A DNA stretch of 59,196 nt from Micavibrio sp. (GCA_020718085.1 DYDB01000001.1:329575-388770), one strand, 5' to 3'; counted from the stretch's first letter, positions 10,615 through 20,862 are shown. The notes: generated by a model from the letters alone, not told the origin. Numbers and translations: made by a program.

Positions 10615-11604
10615 CTATGTCGAAATATCTGTTTCATCAATGATCTCCCCTACCAACTCTTCCAATATGTCTTCCAATGTAATGATGCCAACAATTTCCT
10701 TTTGTGTGTCACGCACTACAAAAAGATGCGTATAATTTTTTATCATGCGTCGAAATGCACGTTCGATCGTGATGTTCTCATTGATATATTGCACCGGTAA
10801 TACAAAATCACCCACAGGACGATTGCGTTCATCAGAATTTAATTTTTGCATGATGGCATTCACATGGATGTAACCGATAAAATTATCATCACTCTTGCCA
10901 TCATGCACAGGATATCGTGAGTGACCAATGTGTGAGACTTCATGTGCAATTGTTTCGATTGACACAACCCCAGAAATCGCTTCTACACGTGCGAGTGGCG
11001 TCATTGTATCTTTCACGCAAATATCATTGAATTCAAATATATTTTCGATCATCGTATGTTCTCTGTGATGTACTGCGCCATGTTCCACGCCCATGCGCGC
11101 CATTACGCGAATTTCCTCTTCCGTCACATGATCATGTACATGAGACACACGCATGATCTTGTATATAACTCTATTGATCTGATGTACCACAAAAACGATT
11201 GGGTACATGAGAATAAAAATGATCCACATCGGCCACGCAACGAATTGTGCGATACGCTCTTTTTTTGCAATGGCAAAAGACTTCGGCAAAACCTCCCCAA
11301 ACATAAGGATCATGACTGTTGATGCACCCGTTGCAATGCCCATCACACCAGAATCAAAGTGTTGTGTAGCAATAACTGTCGCATATGACGCGATGGAAAT
11401 ATTAACCGCATTATTTCCAAATAAAATAGCAATAAGAAGTCGACGCGGTCGTTTTTTGAGACAATGCACCATTTCAGCACCAAAACGTTTTTGATCCATC
11501 ATCATGCGCACACGTGCTTGTGAGAGTGAAAAAAATGACGTTTCTGTTGCAGAGAAAAAAGCCGACATGCCCAGCAAGAGCACAAAAATAAGGATCGTGA
11601 TCAT
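10615..11604 (-). CDS. CNNM/DUF21 plus CBS-pair transporter (TlyC/CorB-like hemolysin family)
   Basis: 329 aa. N-terminal DUF21-type 4 TM (SAFFSATETSFFSLS) followed by a CBS-pair region. No CorC_HlyC tail. Confidence 0.8.
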   Translation of the reverse strand: MITILIFVLLLGMSAFFSATETSFFSLSQARVRMMMDQKRFGAEMVHCLKKRPRRLLIAILFGNNAVNISIASYATVIATQHFDSGVMGIATGASTVMILMFGEVLPKSFAIAKKERIAQFVAWPMWIIFILMYPIVFVVHQINRVIYKIMRVSHVHDHVTEEEIRVMARMGVEHGAVHHREHTMIENIFEFNDICVKDTMTPLARVEAISGVVSIETIAHEVSHIGHSRYPVHDGKSDDNFIGYIHVNAIMQKLNSDERNRPVGDFVLPVQYINENITIERAFRRMIKNYTHLFVVRDTQKEIVGIITLEDILEELVGEIIDETDIST

Positions 11605-11616
11605 AAAAAATGAAAA

Positions 11617-13062
11617 TTAGTTAAACATCCATCCAAACAAACTGAATTCTTTGCGTTGTTGTGCAACGAACGTTGCAATATCTTCGCGTTTTTTCAAAAG
11701 ATCGTCCACCTGACTTTGCAATACATGCTTATTGGTTTGATCATCCATACCAACAATTGCTTGCTGTGCCGCTTCAGACTCTTTTGCATAAATTTCCGCA
11801 CGTTCTTCAATTTCCTTAACATCAGACATGCGTGGGCCAATGAGGAACATTATGAATGCATTGCGTTCTTGTGCGTGCGCCACTGCTGACACATCAGCAT
11901 CATATGCTGTTTGCATCACATCTATAGCTGTTTGTGCAGTAGTTTTTAATCCTGTATCTTTTTGCATGGTTTCACGCAATTTAGCTTGTTCCGCTTCTTC
12001 AGCAGCAAGTCGCGCCTCTTCCTCCTCTATTTGTTGTTTCGTTAAATTTTGTTTTTTCTTTTCTGCCAAAAGACGCGCTTCTTCTTCCTTCTTTTTTTGC
12101 TCTTCAGCCGCTTGATCCTTCTGTTTTTGCGTCATACTTGCGTCAGCAACCGTTGATTCGGAAAGTGAACAATCCGGTGCAAAATCACCATCTTTATTTC
12201 CCGAAAGTTTATTTGATGACATATTCAGCGTTGCTTCCCAAAATTCTTTACCAGGATTTCCTCCACTCGGTGTTTTACAGTTCATGCCAAAATCATTATT
12301 ATCTGTAATTGTATTGCTCTTTATTTTTACCGCTCCAGATTTTCCTGTACCTTTGTAATATTGTGTGGCAATACCGCTTGCGCCATTTTTTTTGATCTTA
12401 TTGTCACTGATCAAAAGATCAGCTTTGCCCAAGATCACTTCAATACCGCTTTCTCCGTTGCCTGAAATTGTATTTCCCGAGATCGTCCCATCCACATTTG
12501 AACGGATATCCACACCTTCTTCATCATTGTCATAAACTTCACACCCTGTCATTTTGACTGTAGTGCCCGACTGGAGATATAAGCCCTTATTGCCATCATA
12601 AATTTTTGTATCATTTACCGTTACTTTTCCATTTCCCGCAACTGTAGTAATACCGATATCCGCACCCACTATTGTGCAATCTTCAATTTCAATCTCCGCA
12701 TCCTCATCCACATCAATACCACTTTTACCAGAGACGGTAACACCCGACATTTGCGCACCATTTTTCATCGTGATCGCTCCTGTGATCTTTACACTATCGC
12801 GACTTTTACCCTCTACGCTCACATCTTCACCGATCACAATGCTCTCATCATACGTTCCATCACGCACAATGATGCGTGCACAATCTTCATCCAATGCTTC
12901 ATCAATATCTTTAAATGGCTCATCATCACTTCCATCACCATCATTATCTGCATCCTCATCCACATAACACGTATCCGACGCATACACAAAAACCGGACTC
13001 TGGCTCACACCAAGTCCAATAATGATCAAAAAAAGAAACGCAAATAGTAATTTCTGTTTCAT
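11617..13062 (-). CDS. secreted right-handed beta-helix repeat protein with C-terminal coiled coil
   Basis: Start moved to the ATG at 13062 (MKQKLLFAFLFLIIIGLGVSQSPVFVYA signal peptide). It has repeated G-x-I/V-x-N/D beta-helix rungs, then a Lys/Glu-rich coiled coil. Confidence 0.7.
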   Translation of the reverse strand: MKQKLLFAFLFLIIIGLGVSQSPVFVYASDTCYVDEDADNDGDGSDDEPFKDIDEALDEDCARIIVRDGTYDESIVIGEDVSVEGKSRDSVKITGAITMKNGAQMSGVTVSGKSGIDVDEDAEIEIEDCTIVGADIGITTVAGNGKVTVNDTKIYDGNKGLYLQSGTTVKMTGCEVYDNDEEGVDIRSNVDGTISGNTISGNGESGIEVILGKADLLISDNKIKKNGASGIATQYYKGTGKSGAVKIKSNTITDNNDFGMNCKTPSGGNPGKEFWEATLNMSSNKLSGNKDGDFAPDCSLSESTVADASMTQKQKDQAAEEQKKKEEEARLLAEKKKQNLTKQQIEEEEARLAAEEAEQAKLRETMQKDTGLKTTAQTAIDVMQTAYDADVSAVAHAQERNAFIMFLIGPRMSDVKEIEERAEIYAKESEAAQQAIVGMDDQTNKHVLQSQVDDLLKKREDIATFVAQQRKEFSLFGWMFN

Positions 13063-13082
13063 GAAATGATTATACCAAAAAT

Positions 13083-14096
13083 CTATACTTCCTGCAATTG
13101 CGCTTTGATCATGATGCGTCGTGTATTTGTGCCAAGCGGCCAACATGTCGTGAGCGTAAGCTCTTGTGATTGTGACTGTGCAAAAATACGCACGTCATCA
13201 GGCAAGACTTCTTCCTTAAGTGAAACATTGTAGTCATATGCGATCTTTTTTCCATTTGCCATTGTCATCGTCACAGTGATCTTATCTCCAGTTACCAAGT
13301 CATTCAAACCTTTAAATACATAGTTATATGCACCTTGTGACCATGCATAATTACTGCTGTGTCCGGCTATATATGCATTACCTCTTTGTCCGGGCAATGC
13401 CGTGCCGGGATAATGCACCACACCACGTTCAAGATCTTTTTGCAGAGTTTTTTCATCCGCACTTGCAGAAAGTACAACTGGAACCTCCACATCAAGCTTA
13501 TTGATCGCAATCACAAAATTTATGCGAGCTTCTCCCGGCGCCACAGGATCATATCCTCCACTGATCTCTCGCCCATCATTATAGCCATCACCATCAGTGT
13601 CAGTTCTTTTCGGGTCAGTTCCAAAATAATATTCATCATAATATGTCAGTCCATCTTTATCCGTATCATCTTCACTATTATTGATCATGTGACCAACCGT
13701 ATCCATTTCCCATTTGTCAGGTATCTGATTTTCATTTGCATCCATCATACCAGCTCCATTCGGTGAATATCCATTTTGCACCTCACGTCCATCATTATAC
13801 CCATCACCATCCGTATCTGACTTTTGTGGATCCGTATTATATTTTGATTCATCGATCAATGTTAAACCGTCCCGATCCGTATCAAGCTTCAGATCAACCT
13901 CATTGTTCACGGTCACATGATATTTCGCCATCCACTCAGCAGATACGCCAAAATCCCGCTTGACTGCAGAGTCTTCTGCGACAACATATGCGGTTTTACG
14001 TGTACCATATACATTAAATCCACCGGAAATCAAAAAATACACGATAAAAAACGTGATAAAAAATGCCCCAATTGACCATAAAATACGTGCATTCAT
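13083..14096 (-). CDS. sortase family transpeptidase fused to two thrombospondin-type-3-like Ca-binding repeats
   Basis: 337 aa with an N-terminal TM anchor. Two copies of D.D.DGLT..DE..Y.TDP...DTDGDGYNDGRE are present. The C-terminal sortase core has GHSS (His), LTLTTCWP (TLxTC Cys) and a downstream Arg. Confidence 0.85.
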   Translation of the reverse strand: MNARILWSIGAFFITFFIVYFLISGGFNVYGTRKTAYVVAEDSAVKRDFGVSAEWMAKYHVTVNNEVDLKLDTDRDGLTLIDESKYNTDPQKSDTDGDGYNDGREVQNGYSPNGAGMMDANENQIPDKWEMDTVGHMINNSEDDTDKDGLTYYDEYYFGTDPKRTDTDGDGYNDGREISGGYDPVAPGEARINFVIAINKLDVEVPVVLSASADEKTLQKDLERGVVHYPGTALPGQRGNAYIAGHSSNYAWSQGAYNYVFKGLNDLVTGDKITVTMTMANGKKIAYDYNVSLKEEVLPDDVRIFAQSQSQELTLTTCWPLGTNTRRIMIKAQLQEV

Positions 14097-14174
14097 GACT
14101 TTTTGCCTTTATGTACTGATTTTAAATTATACCATTTTAATAGCTTTTTGTCAATTATTATGTTTTTAAAAGAA

Positions 14175-14201
14175 AAACCACAGATCTATTTTCTGTGGTT
14201 T
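14175..14201 (-). terminator. terminator downstream of the small acidic ORF
   Basis: Hairpin aaaccacag/ctgtggttt followed on the minus strand by tttcttttaaaa. Confidence 0.6.
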
Positions 14202-14214
14202 GTCTATTTTCATT

Positions 14215-14391
14215 TTATTGATTTGTGTTCTCATCAAAAAATGGCGAGTCGTCCGCTGGCTTCTGTGTTTCATTGTGAGTTTCCGGCATCTCATCATGTT
14301 TTTCTACAGATATCTGCTCTTCTGTTTCAGCAGGAATATCTTGAAGCTCAATACGGTCACTACCGCCAAACAATCGTGAAAAAAATCCCAT
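14215..14391 (-). CDS. small acidic protein (58 aa) with amphipathic N-terminus
   Basis: Not in the ORF track because it is under 60 aa. Product: MGFFSRLFGGSDRIELQDIPAETEEQISVEKHDEMPETHNETQKPADDSPFFDENTNQ. It has its own terminator. Confidence 0.45.
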   Translation of the reverse strand: MGFFSRLFGGSDRIELQDIPAETEEQISVEKHDEMPETHNETQKPADDSPFFDENTNQ

Positions 14392-14447
14392 ATTTTTTCA
14401 TTTATTAATTAGTTATTCAAAACACCGTGAGGTATTATACCACAAAA

Positions 14448-15950
14448 TTACAAAAGTGGTGACAAGAGACGTACTATTGAATTACGCAATCTGACAAAAA
14501 AATTCTTTTTTCTGTGATCACCAAATGTAAATCTGCTACACGACAAAAGGTCACTCTTGAAATCTCGTTCCATCTTTTGTGTCACGCCACGATCAAAAAT
14601 GACAACGTTGTTTTCATAAGATAAACGCAAACTGCGAATATCCATATTTGTTGTACCAATTGAACATATGCATGAATCAACCATGATCGTTTTGGCATGG
14701 AGAAATCCGGCATTATAATGGTAAATCTTTACTCCGGCAAGCAACAAGTCCTCAAAGTATGTAAACGCAGCCCAATATGGAATATTTTTATCCACCACGC
14801 CCGTGATCATGAGACGCACGTCCACACCGGAAAGTGCTACGATCTTCATTGCCTCGAAAAGATTTTCGTCTGGTATAAAATATGGCGTTTGGATATACAC
14901 ATGATCCTGTGCCGCGAGAATCATTATGAACAATGATTGTTTGATCGGTTGCCAATAGGAATGTGGTTCAGAAGATATGATCTGAATTGGCAGATCTCCA
15001 TATATCGCATCCACGTGTAATGGAAAATATTTTTCCTCGAACAGTGATTCCTGTTGCGTCTCTTCCCAGTTTATAGCAAAGGCTGTTTGCAACGATAACA
15101 CAGCCTCCCCGTGAATGCGCATATGCGTATCACGCCACGTAGTATATGTATTCCCGCCAGTCACATATTCCTGACCCATGTTCATACCACCGGTATATCC
15201 GATCACTCCATCGATTACGACAATTTTACGATGCAAAAGATAATTGACCGTCGTGATCTTCAGAGGTGATAATGTATTATAAAATGGCACAATGCGCACA
15301 CCGGCTTTACGCATATGGCGAATGTATCGGTAATGAAAAAAGTGTGTGAAAAATGATCCGATAGGATCAAAGATCACACGCACTTCCACACCCTCTTGGG
15401 CCTTCATGACGAGAATATCGGAAATTTCCTGCGTCAACGGATCTTTTCGCCAAATAAAATACTCCATGTGAATAAATTTTTTCGCGTTACGAAGATCGCT
15501 CTTGAGCGCTTCAAATTTTTCCTGCCCTGTTTGAAAGATCATTACTGTGTTATTGGTCGTCAAAAGCGCATCAGAGTTATTTTGTGAGATATGCAGCATG
15601 CGCTCAATATCAGCAGAAAATCCACATTCCTTTACGCTTTGGAAATGTTCATGTTGCTTTTCGCGGATCACAGAAAGAATACTTTCTGTCTTCATACGCA
15701 ATTCCTTGATCCTTCCCTTTTTCTTGGGATTGTGAACCTTCCAATTACGACCAAAAAAAACGTACATGAAAAAACCAACGATGGGAAAAAGAAGAAAGAC
15801 CAAGATCCAAGCGAGCGTTGAGCTGGTATCACGATTCTCCATGATGATAAAGATCATCACCACAGCAAGATAGACATAAATGATCAAAAGCACGATACCG
15901 GAAAATTGTTCTAAAATTGAGATGAGCGTATGCATAGCAAATTTGACCAT
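14448..15950 (-). CDS. cls: cardiolipin synthase
   Basis: 500 aa with two N-terminal TM helices and two PLD HKD motifs (HRKIVVIDG and HAKTIMVDS). Confidence 0.92.
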   Translation of the reverse strand: MVKFAMHTLISILEQFSGIVLLIIYVYLAVVMIFIIMENRDTSSTLAWILVFLLFPIVGFFMYVFFGRNWKVHNPKKKGRIKELRMKTESILSVIREKQHEHFQSVKECGFSADIERMLHISQNNSDALLTTNNTVMIFQTGQEKFEALKSDLRNAKKFIHMEYFIWRKDPLTQEISDILVMKAQEGVEVRVIFDPIGSFFTHFFHYRYIRHMRKAGVRIVPFYNTLSPLKITTVNYLLHRKIVVIDGVIGYTGGMNMGQEYVTGGNTYTTWRDTHMRIHGEAVLSLQTAFAINWEETQQESLFEEKYFPLHVDAIYGDLPIQIISSEPHSYWQPIKQSLFIMILAAQDHVYIQTPYFIPDENLFEAMKIVALSGVDVRLMITGVVDKNIPYWAAFTYFEDLLLAGVKIYHYNAGFLHAKTIMVDSCICSIGTTNMDIRSLRLSYENNVVIFDRGVTQKMERDFKSDLLSCSRFTFGDHRKKNFFVRLRNSIVRLLSPLL

Positions 15951-16060
15951 TCTTTATGATTATCAGCATCATAACGTATTTTCCTCTTTCTGTCACGAAG
16001 CAAAAACCGCCACCTTTTCAGGAAGCGGCCATGACTCATAATATATAAAAGAGAAACTTT

Positions 16061-16585
16061 CTACACCTCGCTCATGCAACGTGCTGACTGCATCATTTCT
16101 GGTGCACAATATTTCTTGGTGCAACTCAATGTTTCGTCCTTATTCACCACACAGGTATTGCATCCGTCAAACCATGATGTACATCCCGGTGTTACAGCAT
16201 TGTTGTTACTGTCCATAATTATTTGTTCATCATCGATCATGTTTTTTTGTGTGCACATGATACTTGCGCCATCAGATTCCATCATAAGTGTCGCTTCGCC
16301 CTGATGTGTCCAAAATGTCACCGTACCGTCGGAATATTTTGCACCAGATGCAGCTACTACCAAAGGTAATATCATATCTTCATGTATTTTCCCCGTAAAA
16401 AATAGTTGTGTCGTTTGTGGTTCTGTTTCATTGTTGAAATCTGCCTTCACTTCTTGTCCCTGACAATCATATACTACCGCCGTGTCACTAGGCATACTCA
16501 CTTCTTGTTCAACAACAACATCTTCTTGCGCACCACACCCTGCAAGGAGAAATACTGCTGCAATCACTCCACATATCTTTTTCAT
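16061..16585 (-). CDS. lipoprotein with MliC-like domain plus C-terminal 6-Cys module
   Basis: Lipobox LLAGC. Carries YDCQGQEVKADF...AASGAKYSDGTVTFWTHQGEATL (MliC-like pattern). The C-terminus has C-x6-C-x2-C-x9-C-x4-C-x9-C with WFDGCNTC. Confidence 0.65.
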   Translation of the reverse strand: MKKICGVIAAVFLLAGCGAQEDVVVEQEVSMPSDTAVVYDCQGQEVKADFNNETEPQTTQLFFTGKIHEDMILPLVVAASGAKYSDGTVTFWTHQGEATLMMESDGASIMCTQKNMIDDEQIIMDSNNNAVTPGCTSWFDGCNTCVVNKDETLSCTKKYCAPEMMQSARCMSEV

Positions 16586-16775
16586 ATCATCTTTATGAAT
16601 AATTACTTACAATTCTTCCCCTTTGCTACCTATAATAGAGAAGCTCTGTAAAAAATCAAGTGCGTTATCCACAGACACGACCATGCAACACCATCTTAAT
16701 TGAAAATAGTATTCTGCAGTACCGCCCCGGATCATGTTCACTGCATAAGAAAATACGAGATCATTGATACATTTC

Positions 16776-17345
16776 TTACACGCCACCGTTGAGACAATGC
16801 GCTTTCTCGATCTTATCCTTTGCACAATGCCAGATTGAACAAGAAGTAAGATGTTTTCCGTCAAAAGAACATGTATTACATCCATCAAACCACTTACTAC
16901 ACCCTGGATCAACGATGTTGCCATTATCATCTTTGACCGCATTCTTCAGTTGTTCTTCCGTCATCTTTTCATTGCATGAAACATGCATTTTGTCATCCTT
17001 CGATCGAATCACTACAACTTCACGTTGTTTCTTCATGATCGTTGTACTATTTTGATATACATCTCCTATAGGCAATGCTTCAGGGTTCGTCGCATCAAAA
17101 ACTAGAGGTTCCTCTGTATATCCTACCCCCATAATTCGAGCAGTCGCCGGAGAAGTGCCCCCATAAGAAAATTCAATTTTTATTTCCTGTCCCTGACAAT
17201 CATACATTGTTGAAATGACATTTCTGCCTTGTTTCATTTCATCAGATCCTGTCAGTTTTTGTTTAGAATCCTCTTGTTTTTGCATTGTTCCGGCACAGCC
17301 AGCCAAAAACATTGCCATTACTCCGATCAAAAGTATTTTTTTCAT
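16776..17345 (-). CDS. lipoprotein, paralogue of 16061..16585 (divergent MliC-like domain plus the same 6-Cys module)
   Basis: Lipobox FLAGC, YDCQGQEIKIEF, and identical Cys spacing with WFDGCNTC. Confidence 0.6.
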   Translation of the reverse strand: MKKILLIGVMAMFLAGCAGTMQKQEDSKQKLTGSDEMKQGRNVISTMYDCQGQEIKIEFSYGGTSPATARIMGVGYTEEPLVFDATNPEALPIGDVYQNSTTIMKKQREVVVIRSKDDKMHVSCNEKMTEEQLKNAVKDDNGNIVDPGCSKWFDGCNTCSFDGKHLTSCSIWHCAKDKIEKAHCLNGGV

Positions 17346-17467
17346 TTGACTATTGATTAATAATAACTTTTTTCACATATTACAGATATAGTAATTATAG
17401 AACAACAACAATATTATTCAAAACTGAAATTGTATACAAATTATATATTTCTGCTATCATACATATC

Positions 17468-18727
17468 ATGAAAACATTTGAACAATTTGATGTCATTGTC
17501 ATAGGTGGCGGACCATCCGGCATGATGTGTGCCGGGCGTGCAGCAGAGTTGGGTGCACGCGTTTTACTATTGGAAAAAAACGCCACGCTCGGCAACAAGC
17601 TCCTTCTTACTGGTGGCGGTCGTTGTAACATCACAAATGCGATATTCGACACAAACGCCTTCCTGAATAACTTTCCCGAGGCAAAAAAATACCTTCATTC
17701 ACCATTTGCGCAATTTGGTGTCCAAGATACATTTGATTTCTTCTCTGCACACAACCTGCCATTGGTTGTAGAAGCACGAAACCGCGCATTCCCCCAGACA
17801 CAGCATGCACAAGATGTTCTCAACGTAATGACAAATTATATGCGAAAAGGCAAAGTCACGATCCGCATGAATACACGTATCATCTCGCTTCATCGTGAGG
17901 CTCAAAAGATCGTCTCTTTGCGTGATCAAAATAATGTGGAATACCGTGCCAATAAATTCGTCATTGCGACAGGCGGTCTCGCCGCACCGGAGACAGGTTC
18001 CACGGGAGATGGTGTTACATTCCTCGACACACTAGGACATACTACGCAAAAGTCAAATCCAAATCTCGTTCCGCTCAAAACAAATGCGAAATGGATCCAC
18101 AATCTTTCCGGCATTTCTTGGTCATTTATGAAAATTCGATTTGTACAAGAAGAAAAGACTCGTTTACGCAAAACCGGTAAGATCCTCTTTACACATTTTG
18201 GCATTTCCGGTCCACTGATCATCAACAGTGCATTCGAAGTAAAAAAGCTCCTTGAAAAAGGACCTGTTGACGCTGTGATCGATCTATTTCCCGACACAGA
18301 AGAAGCGGAATTGGATCGAAAAATACTCAACCTTCTTACACGACTTGGTGATAAAAAAATGAAAAATGTCCTTCCTGAAATGATCTTCAAAAAGATCGCT
18401 CTTGAAATACTTGATCTTCCGCTGTTGCAACTATCTGAAAAATTTGCCAAAAATATTACACGTGAAGAACGCAAAAATCTCGTGCATACACTCAAAAATC
18501 TGACATTTCCAATTACCGGCACATGCGGTATGGACAAAGCAATTGTCGCAGATGGCGGCGTAAAACTTTCGGAAGTGGATTTTACAACGATGACATCACG
18601 ACTATATCCAAATCTCTATATACTTGGCGATGTCTTAAATATCAATCGTCCATCCGGCGGATTTTCTCTACAACTATGTTGGACAACAGGATTCGTCGCA
18701 GGTACGCACATTGGCACAACCCTCTAA
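17468..18727 (+). CDS. NAD(P)/FAD-dependent oxidoreductase, HI0933/BaiN-like flavoprotein
   Basis: 419 aa. DVIVIGGGPSGMMCAGRAAELG dinucleotide fold, and the GGGRCNITN motif typical of the HI0933 family. Confidence 0.85.
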   Translation: MKTFEQFDVIVIGGGPSGMMCAGRAAELGARVLLLEKNATLGNKLLLTGGGRCNITNAIFDTNAFLNNFPEAKKYLHSPFAQFGVQDTFDFFSAHNLPLVVEARNRAFPQTQHAQDVLNVMTNYMRKGKVTIRMNTRIISLHREAQKIVSLRDQNNVEYRANKFVIATGGLAAPETGSTGDGVTFLDTLGHTTQKSNPNLVPLKTNAKWIHNLSGISWSFMKIRFVQEEKTRLRKTGKILFTHFGISGPLIINSAFEVKKLLEKGPVDAVIDLFPDTEEAELDRKILNLLTRLGDKKMKNVLPEMIFKKIALEILDLPLLQLSEKFAKNITREERKNLVHTLKNLTFPITGTCGMDKAIVADGGVKLSEVDFTTMTSRLYPNLYILGDVLNINRPSGGFSLQLCWTTGFVAGTHIGTTL

Positions 18728-18739
18728 AAAAACAAAAAG

Positions 18740-19954
18740 ATGACCACAAAACCATTTAAAGAAACTTACGATGACATTCGAGATGCGATACGACTTACGC
18801 GCAAAAGTGTTTTACGCTCGATCGAATTTCAACTTTTCTTCGATATTGCATATATTTTCTTTCTTCTCTTTATTGCACATATAATTTTACGATTGTCCGT
18901 TGATTTTTTTGACAAGGTGCTTTTTTATCTTCGTGTCGGAAGCACTTTAGAGCGCATTCCCTATCTCTCATTCATTGATTTTCATGCACTGTTTGTTCTC
19001 ACCGGACTATTACTACTCCTCGCGTTGTTTTATCTTATTGAAACGAATGCAGTCATCATCATCACATCATCTTACTATCGCAATACACCGATTTCATCTC
19101 TTCGCGCATTCCTCCGTGCATGCATCAAAACACCCTATGTGCTCATGGTACGCATTGTGGAACTACGTATACATTTTTATTACATAATCGGTTTTTACTT
19201 TCTGTGGCAAACACTTTTGCAAATTTTTCCTCATACACCATATATATATCACTGGGGCGGCATTGGACTGATCATTTATTTCACCTTGGTCATTCTCGCC
19301 ATTCTTTTTCATTATACAATGAGCGCATACGTTATCTGTCTGGAAAATAATGAATCTCCATATGATTTTGAAGATTCCGTCACGATCCACGCGCAAAAAA
19401 AACGTACACGCTCTACGATCGCATTTTATGCACTTTTCTTATTGATCACGATAATATGGATCATCTTATTTTCTCTTATCACGAAGGGCATGATCATTTT
19501 TTCTCATTATCATCCATCATTTATCGCCAATATATTGACATTGTTCATCGCAGGTACAGTAATGAGCATTTTTGTTTTTTTCTCGATCACGAAAACACTG
19601 CGCGTCAGCATTCTTACGATTATTTATCATGACGAAAGATATGCGCAAAGAAAGATCACACCAATCGCCATGCCAACCCCCTCATTCACACAACGTCGAC
19701 TCGTCACATGCATGATCATCTTTACAATCGTTGCCCTTGGTATGTGCATCATCATATTTTCAACTTATGACAAAACAGCTCAGCTTGTCTCCCACACAGA
19801 AGATTTCATTCTTACACAAACTCGTCCATCCCTTCACAATATGCCAAGATCCAGTGACGCTCTCGCCGACCGATTTTTTTCCAAGGATTACACAACGATC
19901 GATATTATAGAAAATGCCTTATTTTCTTACATTACAATTCTTATCAAAAAATAA
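18740..19954 (+). CDS. hypothetical polytopic membrane protein
   Basis: 404-aa ORF with about 7-8 hydrophobic helices, 12 nt after the upstream stop. Confidence 0.55.
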   Translation: MTTKPFKETYDDIRDAIRLTRKSVLRSIEFQLFFDIAYIFFLLFIAHIILRLSVDFFDKVLFYLRVGSTLERIPYLSFIDFHALFVLTGLLLLLALFYLIETNAVIIITSSYYRNTPISSLRAFLRACIKTPYVLMVRIVELRIHFYYIIGFYFLWQTLLQIFPHTPYIYHWGGIGLIIYFTLVILAILFHYTMSAYVICLENNESPYDFEDSVTIHAQKKRTRSTIAFYALFLLITIIWIILFSLITKGMIIFSHYHPSFIANILTLFIAGTVMSIFVFFSITKTLRVSILTIIYHDERYAQRKITPIAMPTPSFTQRRLVTCMIIFTIVALGMCIIIFSTYDKTAQLVSHTEDFILTQTRPSLHNMPRSSDALADRFFSKDYTTIDIIENALFSYITILIKK

Positions 19955-19963
19955 TACCCAATC

Positions 19964-19995
19964 AAAAAACCGCACATACATATGTGCGGTTTTTT
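19964..19995. terminator. bidirectional terminator between convergent genes
   Basis: aaaaaa-ccgcacata-ca-tatgtgcgg-tttttt. Confidence 0.8.
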
Positions 19996-20009
19996 GCATG
20001 TTGTACGTT

Positions 20010-20588
20010 CTACACTGTTGGAGGTGTTGGTGTTGGCATAACCGGTTGCATCGGTTTGGTATATACTGCAGAACCAAATGCAAGCATTGGAAGAAAAATG
20101 ATACCAAGAAAGATCATACCGATCGTATATCCCACACCCTTACCGAAAACCTTGCTCAATTCATGATACATCATGATAATGACAATGAAGTTCACAAAAG
20201 GAATGAATAGCAACACAATCCACCACAATGGTTTATTGATCATTTGCAACCACACAATAATGTTATAAATAGGAATAATGGAAGCCCATCCTGGTTGCCC
20301 CGCTTTTACATAGATCTTCCACATGGATATAATCATCAAAACAAGTACTGCAAACCAAATGACAAACATTACCAAACCAAAACCTAGAGCTGCTGCTGCC
20401 GCAGCAGGATCAACATCCTGTGTTGGCATACCGGTTTCAGTATACAATCCCCCATCTTCCATCATATAATCAATATCCGAAGACATGTATCCATCATCAC
20501 TGTACATATCTCCCGACACATCGGCGGAAACATATCCATCCTCAATGTCTACGGCAACATCGTCTGTTTGGACTGTGACATCATCCAT
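20010..20588 (-). CDS. DUF5684-like membrane protein with acidic N-terminal extension
   Basis: The core KAGQPGWASIIPIYNIIVWLQMINKPLWWIVLLFIPFVNFI matches my recollection of the DUF5684 signature. Confidence 0.55.
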   Translation of the reverse strand: MDDVTVQTDDVAVDIEDGYVSADVSGDMYSDDGYMSSDIDYMMEDGGLYTETGMPTQDVDPAAAAAALGFGLVMFVIWFAVLVLMIISMWKIYVKAGQPGWASIIPIYNIIVWLQMINKPLWWIVLLFIPFVNFIVIIMMYHELSKVFGKGVGYTIGMIFLGIIFLPMLAFGSAVYTKPMQPVMPTPTPPTV

Positions 20589-20791
20589 ATTTTTTTATTA
20601 AATACTTATGCGCATATTATACCAAATTTTACAATTATTGCACAATGTTGTGATATGCACGGTACCATGCAACAAACTTTTCAATTCCTTCATCGATTCA
20701 CGTCGCTAGTTTTTCTCCCAATTTTTTCAAGAAGTTTAATATTGCAAATGTCGCCTTTGTGCAAAGTAAAATTACGTCCTTTTTAATGTTG

Positions 20792-20862
20792 TCGGGGTAC
20801 GCGGAATCGAACCGCGGCTACAAGACCCCCAGCCTTGCGTACTGCCTCTATACGATACCCCG
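20792..20862 (-). tRNA. tRNA-Pro (anticodon GGG), no encoded CCA
   Basis: Hand-folded cloverleaf: acceptor CGGGGTA/TACCCCG, D arm GTAT-AGAGGCA-GTAC, anticodon arm CAAGG-CTGGGGG-TCTTG, T arm CGCGG-TTCGATT-CCGCG, discriminator A. Confidence 0.85.

Noticed and set aside
11617-13062. Beta-helix protein as an LPXTG sortase substrate
   Set aside because: The C-terminus lacks LPXTG/LAXTG, a hydrophobic helix and a positive tail, so substrate status is unsupported.
14103-14408. 101-aa plus-strand ORF
   Set aside because: It has no SD and an odd composition. The opposite strand holds a 58-aa ORF with its own terminator in the prevailing gene orientation.
16586-16775. Possible regulatory RNA between the two MliC-like genes
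   Set aside because: Only a plausible promoter (TTGATT-16-TATTAT) and SD were found. There are no stable conserved-looking hairpins.
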